A stretch of 64,000 nt of DNA from Candidatus Omnitrophota bacterium (GCA_022703585.1 JAKLDJ010000002.1:27413-91412); one strand, 5' to 3'; positions 19,246-31,391 are shown, counted from the first letter of the stretch. Notes: generated from the sequence alone by a model not told the origin. Numbers and translations: made by a program.

Positions 19246-20139
19246 CTAGGGCCGTGGATGAAATTGTTTATGAATCGAACGCAGCCTCTCCCGGTCCACA
19301 TGTGTATAAATTTGAGTGGTAGAAATATCCGAATGCCCCAGCATTTCCTGGACGGAACGCAAATCCGCGCCATGTTCTAAAAGATGCGTGGCAAAAGAAT
19401 GGCGTATCGTATGCGTCTTAACCATCTTTTTTATTTTGGCCTTCTTGGCATAAAGTTTAATGATTTTCCAAACGCTCTGGCGGCTGATTTTTTTTCCCAA
19501 GCGGCTTAAAAACAAAATCGAGGTAAAATTTGATTTTAGCAATTTACCCCGCACCTGATCCAGATACCGCTTCACGGCTGCCTGCGCCTTCTTTCCTACG
19601 GGAACAATGCGCTCCTTACGCCCCTTGCCGATACAACGCACATAACCCACATCAAGATTGACACTCTCCACCTTTAAATCTACCAGTTCAGACACACGCA
19701 TACCACTGGCATACAAAAGTTCAAGGATGGCGTTATCCCGTACCACCTGCCAGCCACGGCCTGAAGCAGATTTAATCATCGATTCAATTTCCATCGCCGA
19801 TAAAACATCCGGAACCCTTTTCCACAACTTCGGTGTCTCGACAAGGTTGCTCGGGTCCTCGCGGCTTAAACGCTCACGCACCAGATACCGATGGAACATT
19901 TTTATCGCGGCCAAGCTTCTCGAGATAGAACTTGGCGAAAGGCCGTCATCCTTCTCTCTGCGCATAAACAAAGTAATGCTCTCCCGCTGGACATGGTCCG
20001 CCGTCGTGATGCCCTGCTTGGCTAAAAACTTGACATACTTTGACAGATCCAGGCGATACGACGAAATGGTATTGACCGCCAGTCCGCGCTCGATGGAAAT
20101 ATAATTTAAAAACTCCTCGATGAATTCTTTCATTAGCAA
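19246..20139 (-). CDS. xerD: Site-specific tyrosine recombinase XerD-like
   Basis: 297 aa whose C-terminus HTIRHSFATHLLEHGADLRSVQEMLGHSDISTTQIYTHV...HPRP closely matches the XerD catalytic region (R-H-R-Y). Confidence 0.8.
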   Translation of the reverse strand: MLMKEFIEEFLNYISIERGLAVNTISSYRLDLSKYVKFLAKQGITTADHVQRESITLFMRREKDDGLSPSSISRSLAAIKMFHRYLVRERLSREDPSNLVETPKLWKRVPDVLSAMEIESMIKSASGRGWQVVRDNAILELLYASGMRVSELVDLKVESVNLDVGYVRCIGKGRKERIVPVGKKAQAAVKRYLDQVRGKLLKSNFTSILFLSRLGKKISRQSVWKIIKLYAKKAKIKKMVKTHTIRHSFATHLLEHGADLRSVQEMLGHSDISTTQIYTHVDRERLRSIHKQFHPRP

Positions 20140-20208
20140 TTCCGGTTATAAGAACATCCCCAACGCACGATAAATTTCAGAAAAGCTCAAAACACTCTGC
20201 TAGAAAGA

Positions 20209-23480
<3,272 letters not shown>

Positions 23481-23581
23481 CGCTTATCTCGATTTCTATT
23501 TGGTTAAATAAACGTGCCCACCGTCTGGCATACCGCCGCTAGCGCGATTTTGAATCTTCAGTTTACAGCTCACGGGAATAG

Positions 23582-23851
23582 TCAATGCGTGATACAAAAA
23601 CTTTTTAGGCGGTCCTGCACCGTTTCGTAGCTAATATCCTTGCCCCGGATATAGCCCTCGAAATGCTTCTCGATACGATCCATTAATTGCTCGGAAAGTT
23701 CTCGTTTGCCTTGAGTGAGAATTTCGACCCGCCCATCAGGAAGATTTTTTACCCAACCGCTAAGCCCCAGCTCAGAAGCAAATTGCTCGACGGTATAGCG
23801 AAAACCTACCCCCTGGACAGTTCCAGAGTAAAGAATATGGGCTTGAACCAT
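23582..23851 (-). CDS. acyP: Acylphosphatase
   Basis: VQGVGFRYTV signature. The true start is taken as ATG at 23851 (MVQAHILYSG...). The ORF-track N-terminal extension to 23929 overlaps tRNA-Pro and is rejected. Confidence 0.7.
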   Translation of the reverse strand: MVQAHILYSGTVQGVGFRYTVEQFASELGLSGWVKNLPDGRVEILTQGKRELSEQLMDRIEKHFEGYIRGKDISYETVQDRLKSFCITH

Positions 23852-23904
23852 AAGAATCTCTCTATCCGGTATTTGGCCCCGCCCTCGGGAGGGCAGAGGA
23901 AAAG

Positions 23905-23979
23905 TCGGGGAGGTGGGATTTGAACCCACGGCCTCAACGTCCCGAACGTTGCGCGCTAGCCAAGCTGCGCTACTCCCCG
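23905..23979 (-). tRNA. tRNA-Pro (anticodon CGG)
   Basis: 75 nt folding to a cloverleaf by hand. Acceptor CGGGGAG/CTCCCCG with C1:G72 and discriminator A73 (hallmarks of bacterial tRNA-Pro). Anticodon stem CAACG/CGTTG with loop TTCGGGA. T-arm GTGGG-TTCAAAT-CCCAC. No encoded CCA. Confidence 0.8.
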
Positions 23980-24005
23980 TTAAAACTTGCGAAATAATTT
24001 CGACG

Positions 24006-24033
24006 GGGCCGCCCCCGCCTGCGGGGGCGGCCC
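24006..24033 (-). terminator. 12-bp perfect GC hairpin (GGGCCGCCCCCG-cctg-CGGGGGCGGCCC) downstream of fabZ
   Basis: Read directly as an inverted repeat: 24006-24017 pairs with 24022-24033. It lies 22 nt after the fabZ stop and before tRNA-Pro. The T-tract is weak (AAATTATTT), so it may be a terminator or a processing hairpin. Confidence 0.5.
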
Positions 24034-24054
24034 TCCTTAAATCTCTACAACTGC

Positions 24055-24489
24055 TTACACTTCCTTAACGCTAAAGACGACTTCCGCCTCGGCAACAAGT
24101 TTCTCCTTAACAAAAGCCTGGGTCTTGACAATCCCCGTCTTTGCCAGAAATTTAACCGTTGTCACTTCGATCTTTAATTGGTCGCCCGGTACCACGGGTT
24201 CAAAAAACCGTACCGTGACCTTACCCAAATAATAAATAAGTTTTTTGCCGATAAGATTCCGGCTGTGATAAAAGTACACGCAAGCCGCCTGGGCCATGGC
24301 TTCGATAATCAAAACCCCCGGCATTACTTTTTCTTCAGGGAAGTGGCCAACAAAAAATTCTTCGTTGACCGAGACGTTTTTAATAGCCACCAGCTTTTCA
24401 TTAGGGATCAGCTCAATGACCCTATCGATCAGCAAAAAAGGAAAACGATGAGGAATAATTTTCTTTATTTCCTGAATATCAAGTTGCAT
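24055..24489 (-). CDS. fabZ: 3-hydroxyacyl-ACP dehydratase
   Basis: 144 aa with a hotdog fold (IPHRFPFLLIDRV, FFVGHFP active-site His). Confidence 0.9.
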   Translation of the reverse strand: MQLDIQEIKKIIPHRFPFLLIDRVIELIPNEKLVAIKNVSVNEEFFVGHFPEEKVMPGVLIIEAMAQAACVYFYHSRNLIGKKLIYYLGKVTVRFFEPVVPGDQLKIEVTTVKFLAKTGIVKTQAFVKEKLVAEAEVVFSVKEV

Positions 24490-24512
24490 AAAAACCTCCG
24501 AATATTTGAATC

Positions 24513-25259
24513 CTACCTAATCGCTAATCCGCCGTCAACCTGAATAATTTGTCCCGTGATATACCGCGCATTTTCGCTCAATAAAAACCGCACACAACCG
24601 GCCACCTCTTGAGAAGTTCCTAACCGTCCCAAAGGAACAACCGCCAAAATCTTATCTTTCTGCTCATCGGCTAATCCCGATAGGATATCGGTATCAATAA
24701 ATCCTGGAGCAATGGCGTTGACGCGAATACCGTAAGCCGCCACTTCCTTGGCCAGTGCCTTGGTAAAGGCATTCACCCCGCCCTTACTGGCGGAATAATT
24801 TACCTGCCGCGGCAAACCAAAAACACCACTCACCGAGGATATATTGATAACGTCTCCGCTTTTCTGTTTTAAGAAGCCCACAATACAGGCGCGGGTCACG
24901 TTAAATACCCCGGTAAGATTCGTATCGATAACATCCTGCCAGTCACGAGGCTCCATCAACATAAGTGCCTTGTCCATAATGATGCCGGCATTATTAACCA
25001 GGATATCAAGATGCCCCATTTTTTCTCTTGCCTCTTCAACCCAGGCCTTCACTTTTACAAAATCCCTGACGTCGACTTTTGAGGCCATGCATTTAACCCC
25101 AAGTTTTTTGGCTTCCGCGACTAGGTCCAACGCGGCCTTTTCGCTTTTTTGATAACTAAAAGCAACGTGGCAGCCGTTTTGAGCCAGCATCAAGACAATT
25201 GCCCGTCCGATACCGCGCGAACCCCCGGTGACAATAGCAACTTTATCCTTAAGATTACT
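24513..25259 (-). CDS. fabG: 3-oxoacyl-ACP reductase
   Basis: SDR with TGGSRGIG and YxxxK. The start is taken as internal ATG at 25259 (MSNLKDKVAIVTGG), which abuts the fabF stop. The ORF-track start at 25289 overlaps fabF. Confidence 0.85.
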   Translation of the reverse strand, partial: SNLKDKVAIVTGGSRGIGRAIVLMLAQNGCHVAFSYQKSEKAALDLVAEAKKLGVKCMASKVDVRDFVKVKAWVEEAREKMGHLDILVNNAGIIMDKALMLMEPRDWQDVIDTNLTGVFNVTRACIVGFLKQKSGDVINISSVSGVFGLPRQVNYSASKGGVNAFTKALAKEVAAYGIRVNAIAPGFIDTDILSGLADEQKDKILAVVPLGRLGTSQEVAGCVRFLLSENARYITGQIIQVDGGLAIR

Positions 25260-26497
25260 CATTTCTTGAATCTCCCTAGGACCATACAAGTATTACTTCC
25301 GTTGGGCCCGAAAGCGATAATAAGAATTTTATTTACAACGGCCTTGCGCGCCTTATTGGGCACGTAGTCCAAATCGCAATCAGGGTCTTTTTCCTTGTAA
25401 TTTACCGTCGGCGGAATGAAATTCTTGTTTATTGCCCCCAAGCTCGCCGCCACCGCAAAGGCAGCGGAAACGCTAAAGCATTCACCCGTCATGGATTTGA
25501 CGGCGCTCACGGGAATTTTATACGCGTGTTTGCCAAATATTTCTTTAATCGCACTGGTTTCGATTTTGTCGGCGGAAACCGTAGAATTCGCATTAGCGCA
25601 AATATAATCAATGTCCTCAGCCGCGACATCCGCATCTTCCAGCGCCAAACGTATCGATTCTTTTAAGCCCACCGCGCGGGGATTGTACCGGTCGATACGA
25701 AACGGGTCAAAGCACGTCCCGAAACCCAAAACTTCGCCTAAGATAGCCGCGTTTCTTTTTTGGGCATGCTCATAATCTTCCATCGCCATAAGGCACGCCC
25801 CTTCACCAAAGGTGATACCGTTACGTCTTTTGTCAAAAGGACAATTGATAAATGCCTGCCCCTCCTTGGAACCCGACATAAATTTAAGCGCGTGAAATCC
25901 GAAAAATGTCTGCATGCACATCTCTTCGACCCCGCCGGTATAAATAATCTTTGCCCGTTCATACTGCAGAAAGTCATAGGCATAACTCATCGCATCCAGG
26001 CTCGCGGTAAAACCGGTCGAAATTGTGGTATTAAAACCCTTGATATGATGCCAGATCGAAACCTGACTGGCCGGCGAATTAATAACCGTGTTGGGAAAAA
26101 GTGCCGGATTGGTATAGCGCGGCCCCTCCCGCAGCGTCACTTCGTCAAAATCCGCAATACTTTTAATACTCCCCAATGTCGTCCCGACCGAAACACCCAC
26201 ATCATCAGTATTTTCTTCTGTAATCTTAAAGGCGCTGTCATCAATCGCCAGTTTACCGGCCGAAACCAAAAGCATGGTACTGCGGTCCAGATTTCTCAAG
26301 CCCTTAGTGCCCATATATACTTTAGGGTCAAAATCGCTGATCTCTCCGGCCTGATTGACGGAAAATTGGCTGGCATCAAACAAGGTAACGGGCTTATAAC
26401 CGACCTTGCCGCCTTCTAATGACTGCCAGAATTCTTCCTTGCCCTTGCCGTTACTGGCGAGAATTCCTAGACCGGTTATGACAACGCGTTTTTTCAT
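25259..26497 (-). CDS. fabF: 3-oxoacyl-ACP synthase II
   Basis: 412 aa thiolase-fold KAS II (VVITGLGI, active-site Cys region, HGTGT-like C-terminus). Confidence 0.9.
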   Translation of the reverse strand: MKKRVVITGLGILASNGKGKEEFWQSLEGGKVGYKPVTLFDASQFSVNQAGEISDFDPKVYMGTKGLRNLDRSTMLLVSAGKLAIDDSAFKITEENTDDVGVSVGTTLGSIKSIADFDEVTLREGPRYTNPALFPNTVINSPASQVSIWHHIKGFNTTISTGFTASLDAMSYAYDFLQYERAKIIYTGGVEEMCMQTFFGFHALKFMSGSKEGQAFINCPFDKRRNGITFGEGACLMAMEDYEHAQKRNAAILGEVLGFGTCFDPFRIDRYNPRAVGLKESIRLALEDADVAAEDIDYICANANSTVSADKIETSAIKEIFGKHAYKIPVSAVKSMTGECFSVSAAFAVAASLGAINKNFIPPTVNYKEKDPDCDLDYVPNKARKAVVNKILIIAFGPNGSNTCMVLGRFKK

Positions 26498-26504
26498 CTA
26501 TTCC

Positions 26505-27110
26505 CTATCCCTGAAAATCGTTCTGGGTTTTGCGGCGTTTTAAAATATATTTTGCAAGAATATCCGTTTCGATATTAACCTTATCCGATTCCTTCTTGGC
26601 TCCCAAAGTCGTTACCTTTAACGTGTGCGGAATAATATACACCGAAAAGATATTTCCCCGCACTTCCCCGACGGTCAAGCTGATCCCATCGATAGAAACA
26701 GAGCCTTTAAAGACAAGATAATTTGACAACTTTTTATCCACGGCCACGTCATACTGGCAATAATTCTTCTTGGTAACTTTTTTAATGATCTCGCCCACGC
26801 AATCAACGTGCCCGAAAACAAAGTGGCCTCCGATGCGCCCGTTGGCCCGAAGCGAGCCTTCTAAATTGACTTCACTTCCCGGCCTTAAATATCGCAAAGT
26901 GGTTTTGTCAATCGTTTCCTTCATCAGGTCAAAGGCAACCGTAGTTCCCCGCCGCTCGGTCACCGTCAGGCAAACACCGTCGACGGCAATGCTATCGCCG
27001 ACCTTGATGCCCTTTAAAACTTTCTTAGCAGCGATTCTAAGTACGATCAGGTTTCTTTTGCGCTCGATGGCACGGATCGTGCCTTTTTCTTCAACGATTC
27101 CCGTGAACAT
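26505..27110 (-). CDS. ribE: Riboflavin synthase alpha subunit
   Basis: 201 aa with two lumazine-binding repeats (MFTGIVEEKGT ... VDGVCLTV / VDGISLTV). Confidence 0.85.
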   Translation of the reverse strand: MFTGIVEEKGTIRAIERKRNLIVLRIAAKKVLKGIKVGDSIAVDGVCLTVTERRGTTVAFDLMKETIDKTTLRYLRPGSEVNLEGSLRANGRIGGHFVFGHVDCVGEIIKKVTKKNYCQYDVAVDKKLSNYLVFKGSVSIDGISLTVGEVRGNIFSVYIIPHTLKVTTLGAKKESDKVNIETDILAKYILKRRKTQNDFQG

Positions 27111-28188
27111 ATGATTCGATCAGAATATCCTTATCAATTTCTTTAAGAAACAAATCCTTTAAACGGATAGCGCCATTAACATTCTTAATACTCAACCCGC
27201 TCACCGAACTTAAGGCACACGCATCCCCCATAATTTTGGGGGCGATAAAAACAAGGACCTTATCAACGAGTTTGGCCTTAAACGCCGCGCCGATAATCTT
27301 TGAGCCGCCTTCAATAAGAACACTGGTTATTCCCTGCCGGGCAAGCTCCTTAAACAACCATTTCAAATCCACGCCCGCCTTGACATGCGGACAGATAATA
27401 ACGTTAACGCCCTTCTTTCTAAATTCATTAATCTTTTTTGCCGGCGCCTTTTTAGTCGTAGCAACAATAATATTCTCCGGACACGCGCCTTTAAACAAAT
27501 TCTCCCGGAGAGATATCTTCAGATATGTATCGGCAATGATTTTTTTAATTCTTTTTTTCTTATCGGCTGCGTTTAAACGGGGATTATCCCTTAAAGCCGT
27601 ATTCGCCCCCACCATAATGGCATCAAAATCATTGCGCAGCCGGTGCGCGTAATTTCTTGATTTTTGCGAAGTAATCCACTTCGACTGCCCTGTGCGAGCT
27701 GCCATCTTGCCGTCTAATGTCTGTGCCCATTTTACCACGACAAAGGGCATTTTGTATTTGATAAACTTAATAAACGATTCGTTGATTTTATTTAATTCCT
27801 CCTGAAGGAAACTAACTTTGACTCCGATACCCGCACGCCTTAAACGGGCAACCGACTTGCCGTTATTAACCGGATTAGGGTCAATCATGCCGATAACGAC
27901 CTTGGCTATGCCGTTTCGAATAACCGCATCCACGCAGGGAGGCGTACGCCCAATATGCGAGCACGGCTCCAGGGTTACATAAAGTGTTGCCCCCCGGGCT
28001 TTTTCTTTTGCCTTCTTGAGGGCGACAATTTCGGCGTGGTCCGCACCGCAGCGCCGATGAAAACCCTGCGCGATAACTTTATTATTCTTAACAATAACCG
28101 CGCCGACTAACGGATTAGGAGAAGTCTTCCCTTTGGCGCGTAACGCCAAAGCTAAAGCCATCCGCATATAATCGTAATCAGTCATCAA
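27091..28188 (-). CDS. ribD: Bifunctional diaminohydroxyphosphoribosylaminopyrimidine deaminase / 5-amino-6-(5-phosphoribosylamino)uracil reductase
   Basis: 365 aa with a CMP/dCMP deaminase Zn motif (HAEI...PCSH) and a C-terminal reductase domain. Confidence 0.9.
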   Translation of the reverse strand: MMTDYDYMRMALALALRAKGKTSPNPLVGAVIVKNNKVIAQGFHRRCGADHAEIVALKKAKEKARGATLYVTLEPCSHIGRTPPCVDAVIRNGIAKVVIGMIDPNPVNNGKSVARLRRAGIGVKVSFLQEELNKINESFIKFIKYKMPFVVVKWAQTLDGKMAARTGQSKWITSQKSRNYAHRLRNDFDAIMVGANTALRDNPRLNAADKKKRIKKIIADTYLKISLRENLFKGACPENIIVATTKKAPAKKINEFRKKGVNVIICPHVKAGVDLKWLFKELARQGITSVLIEGGSKIIGAAFKAKLVDKVLVFIAPKIMGDACALSSVSGLSIKNVNGAIRLKDLFLKEIDKDILIESYVHGNR

Positions 28189-28193
28189 TTCAC

Positions 28194-29018
28194 CTAATGT
28201 TTTATAGCTGCTTTTAATTCCTCTACCTTCTCATAGGGAAGACGCACCTTGCCGATAAAGGTATTGGTCTTTGCCTCTCCGTGAGCATCAGACCCGCCGG
28301 TGGCAACTAACCTATATTTCCTGGCTAATCCTTCATAAAAATGAACGATTGCTTGCGAGCAATTCGGATAGTAAACTTCCATTCCCCCTAAGCCCGCCTC
28401 GACCAGGCTGGGAAGGAGTTCGTCTTTACCGGTCACCATCGGATGCGCCAAAACAGCGACGCCCCCGGCCTGCCGTATAAGAGCGATGGCGTCGTAGGGA
28501 GATATTTTGAATTTCTTGACGTATGCCGGGCAGTCTTCGCCGATGTATTTCTCAAATGCCTCACTGATAGAAGAAACTGCCCCCTTTTGTTTTAAAGCGG
28601 TTGCTAAGTGCATCCGGCCCACCGCATCCGACTTTGCCAAATCGAAAACCTCCTGGGCCTGAAGATTATCAATGCCTTGCGTTTCAAGTTTCTTGACCAT
28701 CGCCTCAATCCGCTCAAGGCGGACATGACGCATTTTCTCTAACTCTTTCTTTAAGACGGCATTGTCGCAATCGAGAAAATATCCCAACATATGGACGTCT
28801 TTTTCGTGGATTTCTGCGGATAACTCGACACCGGCAATCACCTCTAGGGGAAGACCTTCGGCGGCTAATCGAGCTTCAGGAATAGCATCGGTAGTGTCGT
28901 GGTCGGTTATGGCGACAGCGGCAAGATGAGCCTCGAGTGCCAGGCGAACGATATCTCGGGGAGATAGCGTACTATCGGAGAAATGACTGTGAATATGCAG
29001 ATCGGCGAAAGACGTCAC
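28194..29018 (-). CDS. PHP-domain metal-dependent phosphoesterase (TrpH/YciV-like)
   Basis: 274 aa with an N-terminal DLHIHSHFSD...ITDHD PHP signature. ATGA overlap with the nusB stop and a 5-nt gap to ribD place it inside the rib operon. Confidence 0.7.
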   Translation of the reverse strand: MTSFADLHIHSHFSDSTLSPRDIVRLALEAHLAAVAITDHDTTDAIPEARLAAEGLPLEVIAGVELSAEIHEKDVHMLGYFLDCDNAVLKKELEKMRHVRLERIEAMVKKLETQGIDNLQAQEVFDLAKSDAVGRMHLATALKQKGAVSSISEAFEKYIGEDCPAYVKKFKISPYDAIALIRQAGGVAVLAHPMVTGKDELLPSLVEAGLGGMEVYYPNCSQAIVHFYEGLARKYRLVATGGSDAHGEAKTNTFIGKVRLPYEKVEELKAAIKH

Positions 29019-29443
29019 GACTTTTTATCTTGGGGTGCGATTTCTTTTTTGTGTATATTATCTAAAATGCCGTTAACAAACTTGCTGGATTCAAGATCGC
29101 CGTATTTTTTGGCCAATTCTACCGCCTCGTTAATGGTCACCTTCGGTGGGACATCGGGGGTGTGCATCAGCTCAAAGATTCCTAAGCGTAAAATATTACG
29201 GTCAATAACAGCAATGCGTTTAAAATCCCAGTTGGTGGCATAAGCGCGAATCTTTGAATCAATAGCCTCTAAATTATCTCCGATACCGACGACTAACCGC
29301 TTACAAAAATCCGCTACCTCTTTATCCGCCTTTTCTTCATTGGCAATAAATTCTTCGGCAGACACCAAAACCGGTTTACCGGTGATATCCGCCTGGTAAA
29401 GAATCTTTAATGCCCACTCACGAGATTGTGTTCTTTTGCGCAT
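29015..29443 (-). CDS. nusB: Transcription antitermination factor NusB
   Basis: 142 aa (REWALKILYQ...), a typical NusB in its usual rib-operon position after ribH. Confidence 0.85.
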   Translation of the reverse strand: MRKRTQSREWALKILYQADITGKPVLVSAEEFIANEEKADKEVADFCKRLVVGIGDNLEAIDSKIRAYATNWDFKRIAVIDRNILRLGIFELMHTPDVPPKVTINEAVELAKKYGDLESSKFVNGILDNIHKKEIAPQDKKS

Positions 29444-29462
29444 TTAGGATTTCCGTTCCTGA

Positions 29463-29927
29463 TTAAATTTTCCGGAGAAGATTAACCATCTCGATCGCGG
29501 TCCGGGCGGCATCCCTGCCCTTGTGATCCCCTTTTTCTTCGGACCGTTTGTAGGCCTGCTCGATGGTTTCCGTGGTCAAAACCCCGAATATTGCCGGTTT
29601 CTTTGTCAAAAGAGCGACCTGGGCAATCCCTTCTGATGCGGCCCGTGCGACCAGATCAAAATGAAAGGTCTCCCCACGAATAACAGCACCCAAACAGATG
29701 ACGGCGTCGATGGATTTCTTTTCATTGAGCTGCCTGGCAACAAGCGGAATTTCAAATGCCCCCGGCACCCAGACAACGGTAACTTCGCTATCTTTAACGC
29801 CGCACCGCCTTAATTCCTTAAGGCAACCGTCGAGCAACCGCTTGGTTATAAAATCATTAAAACGGGAAACAACAATTCCGTATCGTTTCCCTTTACTTTT
29901 GACCTGTCCTTCGATAATTTTAATCAT
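29463..29927 (-). CDS. ribH: 6,7-dimethyl-8-ribityllumazine synthase
   Basis: 154 aa with GIVVSRFN and GAFEIP motifs. Confidence 0.9.
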   Translation of the reverse strand: MIKIIEGQVKSKGKRYGIVVSRFNDFITKRLLDGCLKELRRCGVKDSEVTVVWVPGAFEIPLVARQLNEKKSIDAVICLGAVIRGETFHFDLVARAASEGIAQVALLTKKPAIFGVLTTETIEQAYKRSEEKGDHKGRDAARTAIEMVNLLRKI

Positions 29928-29962
29928 TATATTTTTTTCGGACTTACGATTCTAAAATACGA

Positions 29963-31174
29963 TTACAAAAGATGGCCGAGTTTTTCTTTCTTTGTCTTCA
30001 AGTATTTCCTGTTGGCTTCCGTATGGGGAATTTTTATGGGAATGCGTTCGACAACCGTTAAACCGTGGCCTTCCAGGCCTACAATCTTGCGGGGATTGTT
30101 GGTCAAAAGCTTTATTTTCTTAACTCCCAGGTCGGTTAGAATCTGCGCCCCGATGCCATAATCCCTCAAATCAGCCGAGAATCCTAAGGCCTCATTGGCC
30201 TCAACCGTATCCATGCCATGGTCCTGCAGACGGTAGGCCTTAAGTTTATTCAAAAGCCCGATACCGCGGCCTTCCTGGCGCATATACAGAATAATTCCGG
30301 AGCCGTTTTTCTTAATAAGTTTCATGGAATTGCGCAGTTGACCGCCACAATCGCACCGTTTAGATCCGAAGACCTCACCGGTTAAACACTCTGATTGAAC
30401 ACGCACCAACTGCGGAGCTGAAGAATCGATTTTGCCTTTGACTAAGGCCACATGCGTCAGCCCATCGACCAATGATTCATAGCCGATCATGGTAAACTCT
30501 CCGTAGTCCGTCGGAAGAACAGCTTCGGCGCGCCGGAGAACAAGCTTTTCATTCTTGCGACGATATCCGATAAGGCTATTGATCGTGCAAATTTTTAAGT
30601 TATGTTTCTTGGAAAATTCGATCAATTCCGGCGTCCTGGCCATGGTCCCGTCTTCATTCATAATCTCGCAGATAACGGCAACCGGTTTAAGATCAGCCAA
30701 GCGCATCAGGTCAATCGCGGCCTCGGTGTGTCCAGCGCGCACCAGGACACCGCCTTTTCGCGCCTTAAGCGGAAACAGGTGCCCGGGCGTGACCAGATCC
30801 GAAGGTTTTGTTTTCTCATCAGTCAAAAGCTTTATTGTTCGCGCCCGGTCAAACGCAGAAATCCCTGTGGTAATGCCTTTAGCGGCATCTACCGAAATTG
30901 CCCAGGCGGTATTGAAGCGCTCCCGCTGATGCCGGCGGTCAAAATGGGCGTCATCCAACATCGGGTGCAAATCCAGCCGGCTCAACCTTTCTTCTGTCAT
31001 GGGAACACAGATTAAACCCCTGGCCTCTTTCGCCATGAAATTAATATCCTGCGGCTTAGTAAATTCAGCCGCAATTAAGATATCACCTTCATTCTCACGG
31101 CCTTCGTCATCAATGGCGATAATCATTTTGCCGTTTTGAAGGTCTTTTATGATCTCAGGGATTGAATTGAACAT
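29963..31174 (-). CDS. ribBA: Bifunctional 3,4-dihydroxy-2-butanone-4-phosphate synthase / GTP cyclohydrolase II
   Basis: 403 aa with an N-terminal DHBP synthase region (DDEGRENEGD) and a C-terminal GCHII domain (CxCGGQ-type CDCGGQ). Confidence 0.9.
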   Translation of the reverse strand: MFNSIPEIIKDLQNGKMIIAIDDEGRENEGDILIAAEFTKPQDINFMAKEARGLICVPMTEERLSRLDLHPMLDDAHFDRRHQRERFNTAWAISVDAAKGITTGISAFDRARTIKLLTDEKTKPSDLVTPGHLFPLKARKGGVLVRAGHTEAAIDLMRLADLKPVAVICEIMNEDGTMARTPELIEFSKKHNLKICTINSLIGYRRKNEKLVLRRAEAVLPTDYGEFTMIGYESLVDGLTHVALVKGKIDSSAPQLVRVQSECLTGEVFGSKRCDCGGQLRNSMKLIKKNGSGIILYMRQEGRGIGLLNKLKAYRLQDHGMDTVEANEALGFSADLRDYGIGAQILTDLGVKKIKLLTNNPRKIVGLEGHGLTVVERIPIKIPHTEANRKYLKTKKEKLGHLL

Positions 31175-31260
31175 CAGTTTTCGCCCTTTTGGACGGTTTT
31201 AACCGCCATTTTTGCTAATAGGAAAATAACATAACCTCAATACCTTTAAAGCTTTCTGTA

Positions 31261-31289
31261 AATATATTCTAAATGAAAGGTATTGTCAA
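31261..31289 (-). promoter_or_regulatory. Sigma-70-like promoter for the rib operon: TTGACA-17-TATATT
   Basis: Minus-sense TTGACA at 31289-31284, 17-nt spacer, TATATT at 31266-31261. It lies about 90 nt upstream of the ribBA ATG. No FMN-riboswitch core was recognised between it and ribBA. Confidence 0.5.
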
Positions 31290-31336
31290 GGCTTTTATCC
31301 CGTCTAGCCTTAAAACTTTGCCGATAAATTTAATCC

Positions 31337-31365
31337 TTGTCATCCGATAACGCCTCTTTTATAAT
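31337..31365 (+). promoter_or_regulatory. Sigma-70-like promoter for pncC/cinA-C and thpR: TTGTCA-17-TATAAT
   Basis: Plus-strand TTGTCA at 31337-31342, 17-nt spacer, TATAAT at 31360-31365, 26 nt upstream of the ATG at 31392. It is divergent from the rib promoter. Confidence 0.55.
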
Positions 31366-31391
31366 GAATTACCTAACTATTCCAAAAACCT

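Noticed and set aside
19246-20139. Tyrosine recombinase as a marker of an integrated mobile element
   Set aside because: The C-terminus matches chromosomal XerD closely. Flanking genes (cca, ligA) are housekeeping. No att-like repeats, tRNA target or phage/transposon genes adjoin it.
23852-23929. N-terminal 26-aa extension of the acylphosphatase ORF
   Set aside because: It overlaps tRNA-Pro on the same strand. The conserved acylphosphatase fold begins at the internal Met.
25760-26419. 219-aa plus-strand ORF (similar long plus-strand ORFs at 11250-11741, 63155-63649, 30602-31015 and 54503 onwards)
   Set aside because: They are entirely antisense to well-supported minus-strand genes (fabF, ftsI, the M20 peptidase, ribBA, argS). 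They lack RBSs and are low-complexity or Arg/Pro-rich, as expected of shadow ORFs.
31175-31300. Expected FMN (RFN) riboswitch upstream of ribBA
   Set aside because: I read the minus strand for the conserved RFN core segments (GGGTGAAATTCCC..., CCGACAGT...AGTCTGGATG) and found none. Only a sigma-70 promoter and a short UTR are present. A covariance-model search would be decisive.
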